Shown: positions 25,351-38,477 of the stretch, one piece after another | Layout of the letters: the number at the start of each line of letters is the position of its first letter | Numbering within the stretch: the stretch's first letter is position 1 | Assembly: GCA_964016885.1 (NCBI GenBank) | Contig: OZ024742.1 | Coordinates: 292,082,001-292,146,000, forward strand | DNA: 64,000 nucleotides | From: Eledone cirrhosa | Taxonomy: Eukaryota | Direction: 5' to 3' | Made by a program: the position numbers and the translations under genes | The notes under the pieces: generated by a model | Seen by the model: the letters and a program-made list of their open reading frames with translations, nothing else | The model's database searches: none | Told to the model about the DNA's origin: nothing

Positions 25351-25779
25351 ATATATAAGGTAAATTATATGAGTTGATTAGAAGGCATTCAAATATTTAC
25401 AGCTCTAATCCAGATTGGTGAAAGACGGTTTGGAGATAAATCCAATTTATAGATTTCTGGTCATCATAGATTTGCAAATCACAGAGCATAAATAATGTAT
25501 TAATGTACTAAACCTTGGTGATCTTTTCCTTTATACCCAAACCAAGCAGTCGAAAAACAGAATGCAGAATTCTTAATGAAAAAACAACTCAAGAAATGTA
25601 TGTGAAAATGTAAGAGAAAGCAAACTTTGCTAAACAGCAATTTTGTGTACATGTTATAAAGATCCTTTTTTATATATATATATATATCAGGTGCGCTTTT
25701 TCGAACCATTTTTTAAATTATCTTTTTTCTCATACAATGTGATCTGTATAGAAAGTTTTCTAATGTCCACACGTTTTTC

Positions 25780-25829
<50 letters not shown>

Positions 25830-26061
25830 GATAAGCTGAATATATAACAATATATGGTGAAGAATGTTTTATAGTTCCATGAAGAGTTATAAACAGACCA
25901 AAGTTTAATCCAGTGAATAAATTCCAATCATAGTAGCACTATAATACCCTAGAGCATATATAAACATTAAATAATAAGCCAAACAAATCACATCAAGTGT
26001 CTCTGTAATGTAAGCTGAAACCGCTGAAGCTCATGGTAAAATCTCCACCTCGTTAACATAT

Positions 26062-26672
26062 ATCACCATCATCATTATCATCATCACCGTTTGATGTCCA
26101 CGTTTCCCTGCTAGCATAGGTTAGATGAGTTGTCCCTTTTATCTGTTACATATCCAAACTAGATTTCATCAAGGTTAACACAGTCCCTAATCAGCTGTGC
26201 GATAACTGTTTCTGTGACCTTCATGACCAGGTCAACCAACTTGATGCCTATATAGTTTTCTGTCTAGTGCATCTCCTTTGCCCTTGCTGCAGTTGACAAT
26301 GATGCTGCTACACCAGTCATTGAGTATGATTTGGTTTTGTGTAACTGGGTTACATGTGGTTATGATGTCAGCATCTCGGCAACTATCCCTGAAGGTCTAG
26401 CTGTTTTGCATGTCTGCATAACCTTGATTGCCTTAGTTACTATACTATTGCTGGCGTGGGTCAACTCAGAGCAAACTGTCTTCTTCCCAAGCATTCTCTA
26501 TGTTGAGTAGTCTTTCATAGTGGTTACCTTCATTTCAGCATCAGTGAGAGCAAGTACGCCATTATCATCACAGACACACACATTCCCCACCAACATCTCA
26601 ATTTTCCTGATACACTGCCTTGCAATCTTGAATACCTCATGCCACTGCTTTTTAAATTGTAGAACATGCTTA
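26062..26672 (-). mobile_element. Old, internally deleted RTE remnant
   Basis: Degenerate match to RTE A/B (GTTGACAATGATGCTGCTACACCAGTC, GTGACCTTCATGACCAGGTC) joined to a 3' tail with (ATC)n. Confidence 0.8.
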
Positions 26673-26872
26673 AATATTTTTTTGATTTTATGTATATATG
26701 TATGTTTGTGTTTGTTTATGTATTTTTTTTATTCATTTCCCATAACTTTGACAAAATGGATTCTATAAAATAAGTACAAGACTTGAAATATATACACTGA
26801 GATTGATATGCTGGACTAAATTAAGACATTGCCTCAGCATTGTCAAAGTCTAATAACTGAAACCAATAAAAA

Positions 26873-26965
<93 letters not shown>

Positions 26966-28022
26966 GAAGATATATCATTAGAACTGATTAAAAGTTTAAG
27001 CAAAGAATTTCTGCTATCACCCTAAGCGGGATCACATTTAATCTGTACTTATAATAAATCTTTGCTCTATGGGTTTATATATACAACCCTTATTGACACC
27101 TCTTTGGAATTTGGTCATTGTATTTATTGTTACTCTATCTATCTATCTATCTATCTATCTAACTATATATATATATCCAGGGAGTGTGTAATGGTTTAGT
27201 TGTATTCTTTGTGTGATAGTTTGATGAAAAGAATAATGCCACGATTGAGTTGTTAACAATGTTTATTTTATAATAACAATATTCGATTTGAACATTGAGT
27301 AATAAAATTTATGACATGAATATATCTGTACATTAAATTGTTAGCTCTACGAGCCAACATGAATCCATGTATCAGAGAAGACTATATAGTATGAGTTGTG
27401 TTGTGTCTTGCAGATACAATATTACAGGTAGAATAGGATGAGAGTATAATATAACAATATGAACTTACTATGTGTGTGTGCCTATTCTTAGTTTATCTTA
27501 TTCTCATAGTAGTCAATCTGTCAGGCAGGCATGGCTGGCTGTCTGGCGGGCGGCCGAGAGGGTAAACCAGTAAGGGCCAAGAGAAAGATAGAGTGAAAGG
27601 CCTGCTAATGTCTACATCGCTTATCGTCTGTTGACTGCTGCTTCGCGTCTGCTTTTGGGTTCCTCAACTCCTTGTATTTATAATAAGTGCTAAAGTAAGA
27701 AGGATAGATATATGAGGTTGATCTATGGTCTGACTTGTGGTTAGCATCTCACAAGAGATTGGGGTCACAGGTCAAATGGAATGTACATTTATCATCGTTG
27801 ACAGGACAAAGGCGAGAACTTCCAACGATAGATTGTCCCAGAGGCGGGAAAGCTCAAATTCGGTTTTGAATCTTCGACGGTAAAATATAGGAGTATTCCG
27901 TTATAAGTGTAATGTGAAGTTACTGTAGGTTCACTCAGGTGAGCACTCGATGTTTAGGTTCATGTCAGTAGTGAGGTGTAGAGCTAGCATAAACGTAATG
28001 AAGGCTTAACAAATCGTCCTTG

Positions 28023-28068
<46 letters not shown>

Positions 28069-28138
28069 GCACTGGGTAATTGCTGGCCTTGTGCCAAAAG
28101 TAGAAACAATTATTATATATATATATATATATATATAT

Positions 28139-29514
<1,376 letters not shown>

Positions 29515-30682
29515 AAAATAATTATTCATGAAAATGATTAGTTCAGTCTTGTTTCTAGCAGATAAATAACAGCGTGAGAGATCAGCCTAGTCATCTTATA
29601 AGGGTTAAGCAAGCTGGTTTGTCTTCTCTCTGATGAAAGGTTTTATCCTCACATAATTAATAACACAATAGAATATTGTAAGAAAGCTATTATAGAACAG
29701 AATAATGTATATTTTATCTATCACCTACACAAATGTACACACAGGTCCATTATAGAAAACATACTACTTTGATCAATTATTACTGGTGGTGTCCAATAAT
29801 GGGTAATCAGTCCTGTTTACTTCAGAAGTAACCTGGAATTCAAGTTTTATCAACTATCAACCATAGTGATATGCCATGTGTGTTTATATATTTATTTATA
29901 TATATCTGTCTGTAACTCTTTAAGATTTACACACCCAATCATACACACATTGCATTTTCGGACTCAGTTATGTTACTACAATAAGAAATGTGCTTTCTAG
30001 TCACAAAATCTTGGGTTCTAATGTTACATTTCTCCTTGCAAATAGTTATTTCTCCAAAGATACTTAATTTTTGTATTTATTTTGCAAGTTTCTTGATGTA
30101 GAATCAGATGTTGAAACAGATATTGTTATACATTGAGGAGGGGTTGATGCCAATAAAAACAGTTGAATTTCACTTTGGTTTTATTATTAGTTAGGTAAGT
30201 AATCCAGTTGGCACATACCAAACACAGAAGCTTGTGGAAGTAGCAGCACACAAAGAGTCACACACATGTTGTACAAACCACATACACACTATAAGATGGA
30301 ATGAATAGAAGCTCATAGCACAGAGAGGACATAGGACAAGGATCGTTATTAAGAACGTTACAGAATGTGTGGTAAAGGCAGGTCCTCCATGAGAAATTTT
30401 GCAACGTGGTAAAAGACCCCTTTGGGGCCTGAAGCAAGCAAAGATTTTTCTCAAAATGGATGCTGCATGGTTGCTCTACACCTCGCTACTGACATGAACC
30501 TAAACATTGAGTGCTCACCTGGGTGAACCTACAGTAACTTCACATTACACTTATAACGGAATACTCCTATATTTTACTAAAAGTACCGACTGGACCTCCT
30601 TCCCATAGGCCCTGGGTAAAGGAGTTTGACAACTAAATATAACAATAAAACAACAATCCAGTTACTAAACTAAGCAAGGAAT

Positions 30683-31232
30683 AATTGTTTCTACTTTTGG
30701 TACAAGGCCAGCAATTATCCCAGTGTATTACTGGTACTTTATTTTATTGACCCCGTAAGGATGAAAGGCAGGATTTGAACTCAGACCATAAAGGGTCGTA
30801 ACTCTATGCTGCAAAGCATGGCGTCCAACCCTCTACCGATACTGCCAATCCTCCATAGTTTCTGATTTCGGCACAAGGCCAACAATTTTTTGCAGGGAGG
30901 GGAAAGTCAATTATATTGACCCCAGTGTATTACTGGTGCTTTATTTTATCAACCCCATAAGGATGAAAGGCAAAGCTAATCTCAGCGGGATTTGAACTCA
31001 GAACGTAAAGGGCCGTAACTCTATGCTGAAAAACAGGGTGTCTGATTTTCTACTGATACTGCCAAACCACTGCCCTTATCAAATCATAATAATAATTGTT
31101 TCTACTTTAGACACAAGGCCAGAAATTTGAAGGGGAGGGGAAATTTGATTAAACCGCCCCAGCGGGATTTGAACTCAGAATGACAAGGGCCGTAACTCTA
31201 TGCGTCAAAGCATGGCGTCCGACCCTCTACCA
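30683..31232 (-). mobile_element. Three head-to-tail SINE family 1 copies (30683-30854, 30858-31075, 31093-31232)
   Basis: Each has GGATTTGAACTCAG (B-box, minus strand) and the GTTTCT...ACAAGGCCA 3' end. Confidence 0.9.
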
Positions 31233-31598
31233 AAGCAATAATAATAATAAATTAGATCTCTTGCACTAGATAGAGTGCTTTTTCCTTTTTCATTCCCACA
31301 GATATTTTAAATACATACAAAATGCATATATATGTTTATATTTAAATCCCTAAGATAGTTTCACTGTTTATATTCTGAATCCAGTCTCTGATTTACAAGT
31401 TCATTATGTCATTAATTTGGCAGATAATTATAATATAGAATATTGAAATGTCTGGGATGATTTGTTGTTATTGAGATTATAATGATTTGGACTAATTAAC
31501 CTGACCTATGATGTGTATATTATGTGCATATATATGTATATATATATTTATATATATGTGTGTGTGTATAATATATATATATGTGTGAGTATATATAT

Positions 31599-33991
31599 AG
31601 GCTTGGAAAGTATGGCAGGATGGGGGAAGTAGAGAGCACTATCAAGTGGCCAGGAGAAAAGCTAGGAGACAAGTGTAACATGCAAAAAGGGTAGCAGACG
31701 ATAGAAAGTTCAAGCATGTTCTACAACGTGAGGACCAAACACGTGAGGTCTTCAGGATTGCTAGACAATGTGTCAAGGAAAACCGTGATATTGTCGGGGA
31801 GAAGTGTGTCCGTAATGATAACGGTGTACTTGCCCTCACTGATGCTGATAAGAAGATAGCCTGGAAGTGTCACTACGAGAGACTATTAAATGAGGAGAAT
31901 AAATAGGGAAAAGATAGTCTGCCCCAAATCGATCCAATAGAAGGACCAGCGGTGCAAGTTAAAGGTAGTATAATAAGTAAGGCAATCAAAGATATGAAGA
32001 CAGGCAAGGCAGCTGGGCCTTCGGAGATAGTTGCTGAGATGTTGAAGGCATCTGGTATGGTGGGACATACTATGGTCACCCATATAGTTAACCAAGTAAT
32101 ACAGAATGGGGTCGTACCAAAGGACTGGCGTAGCAGCATCATAATTAACTGCTACAAGATTAAAGGAGATGCCCTAGATAGGGGAAACTATAGAGGCATT
32201 AAGTTAGTTGACCAGGTCATGAAGGTCACAGAAAAAGTTATAGCACAACTAATCAGAGAGCGAATTGATCTAGATGAAATGCAGTTTGGGTTTGTGTCAG
32301 GTAAAAGTACCACAGATGCTCTTTTCCTTGTACGACAACTACAAGAGAAGTACCTAGCTAAAAGTAAACCCCTATACTTAGCTTTTGTAGACCTGGAAAA
32401 AGCCTTTGACAGAGTCCCCCGCTCCATTATCTGGTGGGCTCTTAGAAAACTAGGTGTAGATGAATCGCTTGTGAGAGCTATACAAGCTATGTATAATAAA
32501 ACAGTCAGTAAGGTTAGAATTAACAATGTCCTTAGCCCCTTCCTATTTATTATTGCCCTTCAGGTTATAACAGAGGAGTTCAAGACCGGCTGCCCATGGG
32601 AACTCCTATATGCAGATGATCTAACGCTCATAGCTGAATCAATGGTCGAGCTAGAGAAGAAATTCCAAACATGGAAGCACGGCCTAGAATCAAAAGGCCT
32701 TAAAGTTAACTTGTCTAAGACTAAAGTCCTAGTTTGTAGAAAGGAAAATAAGGCACAGGTACCCTCAGGGAAATGGCCTTGCTCAGTGTGTAGGAAAGGA
32801 GTAGGCAGAAATTCAATTTTATGTCCCAAATGCAAAGTATGGGTACATAAAAGATGTAGTGGGATCACAGGTAAACTATCTAAGAACATAGACTTTATAT
32901 GTGGCCGATGCTCAGGTGCAATAGGTAGAAAGTGTCCACAGGATACTAGTCCCTTCTATTGCCCAGATGGTTCTATAGAAATAGTAGACACTTTCCGTTA
33001 CCTGGGTGACGAAATCAGCAGTGGTGGAGGGTGTTCTGAAAGTACAGTAGCCAGAGTCAGAACGTGATGGAAAAAGTTCAGAGAGCTTATACCGCTGTTG
33101 GCCACAAAAGGGTTCTCTCTAAAAATGAAAGGCAGATTGTATGATGCTTGTATATGAACATCAATGCTACATGGCAGTGAGACATGGGCATTGCATGCAG
33201 AGGACCTGTGTATACTGGAAAGGAACGAAGCATGCATGCTCCGTTGGATGTGTAATAGTAATATACGTAAATGGCAAAGCATAAATGAAGTAAGTGAGAA
33301 ATTAGGAATAAGAGGGATCAGATGCTGTTTACTCGAGAGAAGACTACGTTGGTATGCCCACGTGATGCACTTGAAAGACGACAGCTGTATAAAAAAGTGC
33401 AGGGCGATCAAAATTGATGGTAGTTACGGAGTAGGTAGACCCAGAAAAACCTGGGACGATCTGATAAATTCTGACCTTACACACTTGCACCTCTCTAAGA
33501 CAATGTCACTGGACCGAGATCTTTGGCGCTATGCAGTAATACAGAAGACCCGCCTTGCCTATGTACAAAGCGAAACCTACAGTTAGTAGGCACCTCTTAA
33601 CCAAATATACACCCCAATCCACTACCCCTACCCTATCCTTCCACTCCCACCAACACCACCCTCCCTCTATAAAGTTGGTACCACAACATCCAGTCCAAAT
33701 AAATGAGATAAATGAGATCGAGATCGAGATCGTTTAGGTGTCACGAGAAAAAAACACACAGTCCACGCTGTAATGTGGTCGTGTAGGTAACACGGTAAAA
33801 AGTTCCCAGTTCCACACTGTAAAAGTGGTTGGTGTTAGGAAGGGCATCCAGCCGTAGAAAACCTGCCAGATATTCCTATATGAGCGAGACATGGTCACCC
33901 GACCAACCTTGCCTCAAGTGGGACAACTCCCGACTAACCCATGCTAGCGTGGAAAATAAACATTAAACGATGATGATGATGATGATGATGA
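31599..33991 (+). mobile_element. RTE LINE family B, decayed copy
   Basis: ORFs 31952..33067 and 33164..33586; several stops; QG motif deleted (INN joined to VLSP); (GAT)n tail. Confidence 0.94.
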
Positions 33992-34905
33992 TATATATAT
34001 AAATACATATATATATATATATATAAATGTATATATCATAATCTATAAAGATCAGTGTATGGACATGCTCCTTTGTTATAGAAATCTCCGATATAGAATT
34101 TCTTCAATTGAAATTTACAATTCAGTATTCGAAATAGCTTCGATTGCGTCTTGGCACATATAATTTTTTCAATTTCACCCACAATTACGCAAAAAATAGA
34201 TAAAACTCAATATTTTTCGATTTTCTCTCTCATTTAAACTGCTAAACTCTTTCCATTACCATTCAAAATCTATACAACTTCATACTTTCTCTTTCCAAGC
34301 TTGATGGTGATACTGTCCGTTTTACTCTCTCATATCATCTGTTTGCCTCTATCTACAACCCACACATTTTGCTACTTTCTCTTTTATACTTCAAACTTAC
34401 TGATTTATTTCCAAACGCATACAAACACACACTCACTTCAAATGATAAAAAAACATTTAAAGCAATTAAACAACGTGCGTGATTTATAACCACACTAACT
34501 TTTAGTTGCTTCAAACTTAATGATTTATTTACAAACACATACAAACACACACTCACACATTTAAAGCAATTAAACAACGTGCGTGATTGCCGAAGAGAGA
34601 GAGAGAAGAGAGTGAGAGGGAGAGAGAGAGAACGTTTATTATTACATAAAGTACCAGTAATGTACTGGTGTATTGCTGGCCTTGTGCCAAAAAAGTAGAA
34701 ACAATTATTACATTTCATACGAAACGACAATTATTCAAAAGCAACAGACATTTATTCAACAACAAGCGATAAATCTTTTTTAAAACCTCTCAACGAACGT
34801 GGATTCTTACAGACTTTGAGTCGAATCGGTTTGAAATTGTGCAAATGTATAAACATGGAACATGTGCACACACACAACAACAACAATCTGCCTTTTATAG
34901 ATAAT

Positions 34906-35086
34906 TGTTTCTACATTTGGCACAAGGCCAGCAATTACCCAGTACATTACTGGTACTTTATTTTATCGACCCCGTAAGGATGAAAGGCAAAGTTTACCTC
35001 GGCGGGATTTGAACTCAGAATGGCAAGGGTCGTAACTCTATGCATCAAAGCATGGCGTCCAACCCTCTACCGATACTGCCAATTCA
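34906..35086 (-). mobile_element. SINE family 1 with 18-bp TSD
   Basis: TSD CTGCCTTTTATAGATAAT at 34888-34905 and 35087-35104; A and B boxes present. Confidence 0.93.
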
Positions 35087-35116
35087 CTGCCTTTTATAGA
35101 TAATGATAAACAATAA

Positions 35117-35479
35117 TATGAGGTCACTAAACCTGCTAGAAACAGCAGCTAACTCTCCCCCATACCACACCCCTCCCTACTGTCTTAAATTTAGAAAACA
35201 CATATCCTCTATGAGGTTACTAAACCTGCTAGAAACAGCAGCTAACTCTCCCCCATATCACACCCCTCCCTACTGTCTTAAATTTAGAAAACATATCTTC
35301 TATGAGGTCACTAAACCTGCTAGAAACAGCAGCTAACTCTCCCCCATATCACACCACTCCCTACTGTCTTAAATTTAGAAAACACATATCCTCTATGAGG
35401 TCACTAAACCTGCTAGAAACAACAGCTAACTCTCCCTCATATCACAACCCTCCCTACTGTCTTAAATTTAGAAAACACA
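35117..35479. repeat. Tandem repeat, 4 x 91-93 bp
   Basis: Units start at 35117, 35210, 35301 and 35394 (TATGAGGTCACTAAACCTGCTAGAAACAGCAGC...). Confidence 0.95.
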
Positions 35480-35945
35480 CAGACAACCATGCAGAACAAC
35501 TCCATCGCAGCTCTGTTGTTCGGCTGGCATCGTCTACGCGCGTGTTGCGCAAGTACTGTGAAACAATAAATTTCAACACTTTTTTGCACAGAGATAATAT
35601 CCATAGGCGAAACTACAATTGTCACTGCTGGTGCAGCTCCTGCTTCGGCAGTCCAGGTCTGCAATTCATTCACCCAGTGCCTGGCAGACAAAAAAGTGGT
35701 GCCATAAAATGGGTGGTGCAACCTAACTTTGGTAACTTACTGACCCGAGCAATGCCGGGCTTTAATGCTAGTATATAATAATAATACTATTTATAGTTAT
35801 GTATATAGTATAAACAATATAAACAGGAAGTAAGTAGTTTCTTAATTACCTTATTACCAGTAAGAGAAATAGCTCAATATATGAACATCAGTTGTTTTAC
35901 AGAGCAGGAAAATAAATAAATTATACAATTTGTGTTCAAATCATG

Positions 35946-35999
35946 TAATAGTTGACAATCGTTTCTTCCAAACTCTCGTTTGGAGTCATCAGAGCATTA
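35946..35999 (-). ncRNA. Type I hammerhead motif
   Basis: Minus strand: TAATGCT-CTGATGA-C TCCAAAC GAGA GTTTGGA A-GAAA-CGATTG-TC-AACTATTA; intact core, 7-bp stem II with GAGA tetraloop, GUC triplet, imperfect stem I. Confidence 0.78.
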
Positions 36000-37310
36000 T
36001 CAATGTTTGCACATATAATTAACCTCCTATTCAACTGAACAATAATATATATACATATAAATTGATGTTGTGAGCAACAGTTTCATATTTACAGGGTGGA
36101 ATGGATGTGACATATATATTCCGAGAATTGTACAATAAGTGTACAAACATTCAAGTTCAAATTCAAATTAAATTAAAATCAAAATCGAAAGCACGGAGTG
36201 GAATACATGCAACATTTAAAACAAGGGAATAGTCCAAATATTAAAGAGGCATTGAGGAAGTAGTTTTAAGAAAGGAAGGGTGCAATAACATTTCATATGC
36301 AGGCGTGTGGATAGTGCGACTGTGTAAGACATATATACATGAGAAGGAGACAAGCAAAGCTATTATGCATATATAGATGAATAAATACTGCAGTTAAAAC
36401 AAATATGTTAATGTATTAGAGTCTATGGTGGATGTTGAATGTTGATGGGGTTCGAATTAATATGTGTTGAGAAACATACAGTTTTGCAGACCTTTCCATG
36501 ACATGTTGAATTAAACTTTAGTTAATGTTTATATTGAATGTTTTAAGTTAGAGCAATGGATTGTAAATTAGTCTTCATGAATTCATATTCATAGACTATA
36601 TTTGATCAACCGTTAAATTTTCAATCGTTAATATCCGGAAGTGAATAAGGGCAGCTAATGCGTAAGGGGAGGTAACTAGCTAATTAAGTTCAATTCAGTT
36701 ATTAAAATTCTTTGTTCTAATACACAATATAATGTGATACCATTGGATCTCTGTTACATAACCCTGTATATTTATGCCTTATTTTAAATACAGTGTATTC
36801 TACTATCATACATTAAAGGTTTCTTTAGATTCTTATCTATTCATTACTGGATAAGGTATATGTTATGAAGGATTATATAGCTGTTAATATGTCATAATAG
36901 ATATGCTATATGTGTAATAATATAATCCCTAATATACAATGCTATTACATTTTATATTTAATTATAAGTGTATATATACTTTATTATTATTATGTTGTGT
37001 AATTTAAGCATTTAATTATACAATTATAAATGCAATATAGTTTGTCATCACACATTACCTTAAATGTCTCTACATACCAAGTGCCAAATATCCATTACTG
37101 TATATGATATAATTAATCTTTTGTAGTTATATCACAAGGTGGTAACTCTATGTCTAATTCTAACTGTTATTGCAGAGCATAAGGTTATAGATGAATAGGA
37201 GTTGTGTAGCGGAAAGAGTTGGTCGAGGGGTTTGTGGTTGTGGGTGCTGCTAAGTCCTAGTTGTGTAGTGTTAATGGTGGTGGGGAATTAAAATCTGACA
37301 TTGTTGTATA

Positions 37311-38171
37311 CTAACAGCTAGGTTTAAAGTTATGGAACGAGTGTCGGTACCGGTGTTGGCATGAGGAAAATGTCTCTGACTTTCTATTAAGGAGGTCTAG
37401 TTTCGAAAAGATTATAGTATGGGTCTCCAGAAGGCAGAGATTACACAATTTATTTGGTGGTTTATACGATGAGGCCCTATCTACTACTTCCCATTGTAGT
37501 GTAAATGGTCTATTCCTAGTTTTCAGAGAGTGTATGTAGCTAGATAAAGAAGTGGAGCTGGCTATATTGTGTTTTTTGAAAGAGTTGAGGTGCGAGTTGT
37601 ATCTCGTCTTGAAGTTGTTCGAAGTAGAAGCTATATATGTTTTAGAAGAGTTGTTTGCGTTGACAGTGCATGAGTAGATGATGTCTTTGGTTAAGCAATT
37701 ATTACCTAAAAGGCAAGCTCTATTAGTTCTACAGTTACATTTATTATGGGTGTTAGCTTGCCGGTTCCTATGTTGTGAAGAATTCTGGTTGCTAGGGGTA
37801 GCACTAGGGTAATGATGTTTATCATTCGTATTGTTATTGATTTCATTAGTGCTATTATCATTATTACTATTATTACTACTATTGTTTACAGGTACTAAGT
37901 TTACCTCCTGTTGTGTTTTAATTAGTTGGAAATAGTTATTAATCTTCCTTTTATTACTACTAGCTATACGGTATGCTATGTTAGGTGTGGTGGAATACGA
38001 TATTTTAATTGTATTTTTATTGATAAGGCTATGGTACTTGTGGCCGGTCGGGAAGTTTTTTTCTAAGATTGAGAAGAAAGCCTTAGGCAAGTTGGTAGAG
38101 ACGTTTAGATTGAAAGGGGGATTGAAGAATGTATTAGTTCTCTTTCTATTTTTGTTTATAGTATTGTTTTT
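37311..38171 (-). pseudogene. PLE ORF C-terminal fragment with GIY-YIG endonuclease
   Basis: CNCR...CLL..NC, IIY...TYIAST..FKTRYNSH..SF, T.LS.YI, CNLCLLE, LLNRKSE..CQH; RT core absent. Confidence 0.85.
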
Positions 38172-38477
38172 TTAGGTATTTATATCCCTGTTTATATTAT
38201 TAGTGTGGTGTTTATTTTGGTGCGAGTTAAGTTTGGTATTAATCTTCATCTTAGAGTTATAGTGGCTAGTGTTTTTACTATTTTTCCTCATGGCCATATT
38301 ATGAGAAATAATGTTGTAACTATGTGATTTTATAGGTAGGAATTCAATCTCATTCTTATGTCCTGATTTAGCTAAGGCCTCATTATAGTATTGTGAATTA
38401 TTGTTATAGTATTGTGAATTATTGTTATTATATATATATATATGTGTGTGTGTGTGTATATAATATATATATATATA

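Larger units (their letters stand above)
34041..35771 (+). mobile_element. Probable non-autonomous Helitron-type region (3' end supported, 5' end uncertain)
   Basis: GC-rich hairpin CCCGAGCAATGCCGGG followed 8 nt later by CTAG and then T at 35744-35772; candidate A|TCTATAAAG start at 34041; internal tandem repeats. Confidence 0.55.
35790..38430 (-). mobile_element. 5'-truncated Penelope-like element (GIY-YIG C-terminus, long AT-rich 3' region, hammerhead)
   Basis: See ORF 37311..38090; upstream in-frame RKR...FFNPPF and, further up, YNEALAKSGH; hammerhead near the distal end. Confidence 0.85.

Noticed and set aside
29630-29660. CTGATGA-AAGG...CCT hammerhead half
   Set aside because: No GAAA or stem I/III.
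35117-35479. Tandem hammerhead (retrozyme) array or CRISPR array
   Set aside because: Units have CTATGAG and GAAA but not CUGANGA, and stem I cannot be formed; whole units repeat with no spacers.
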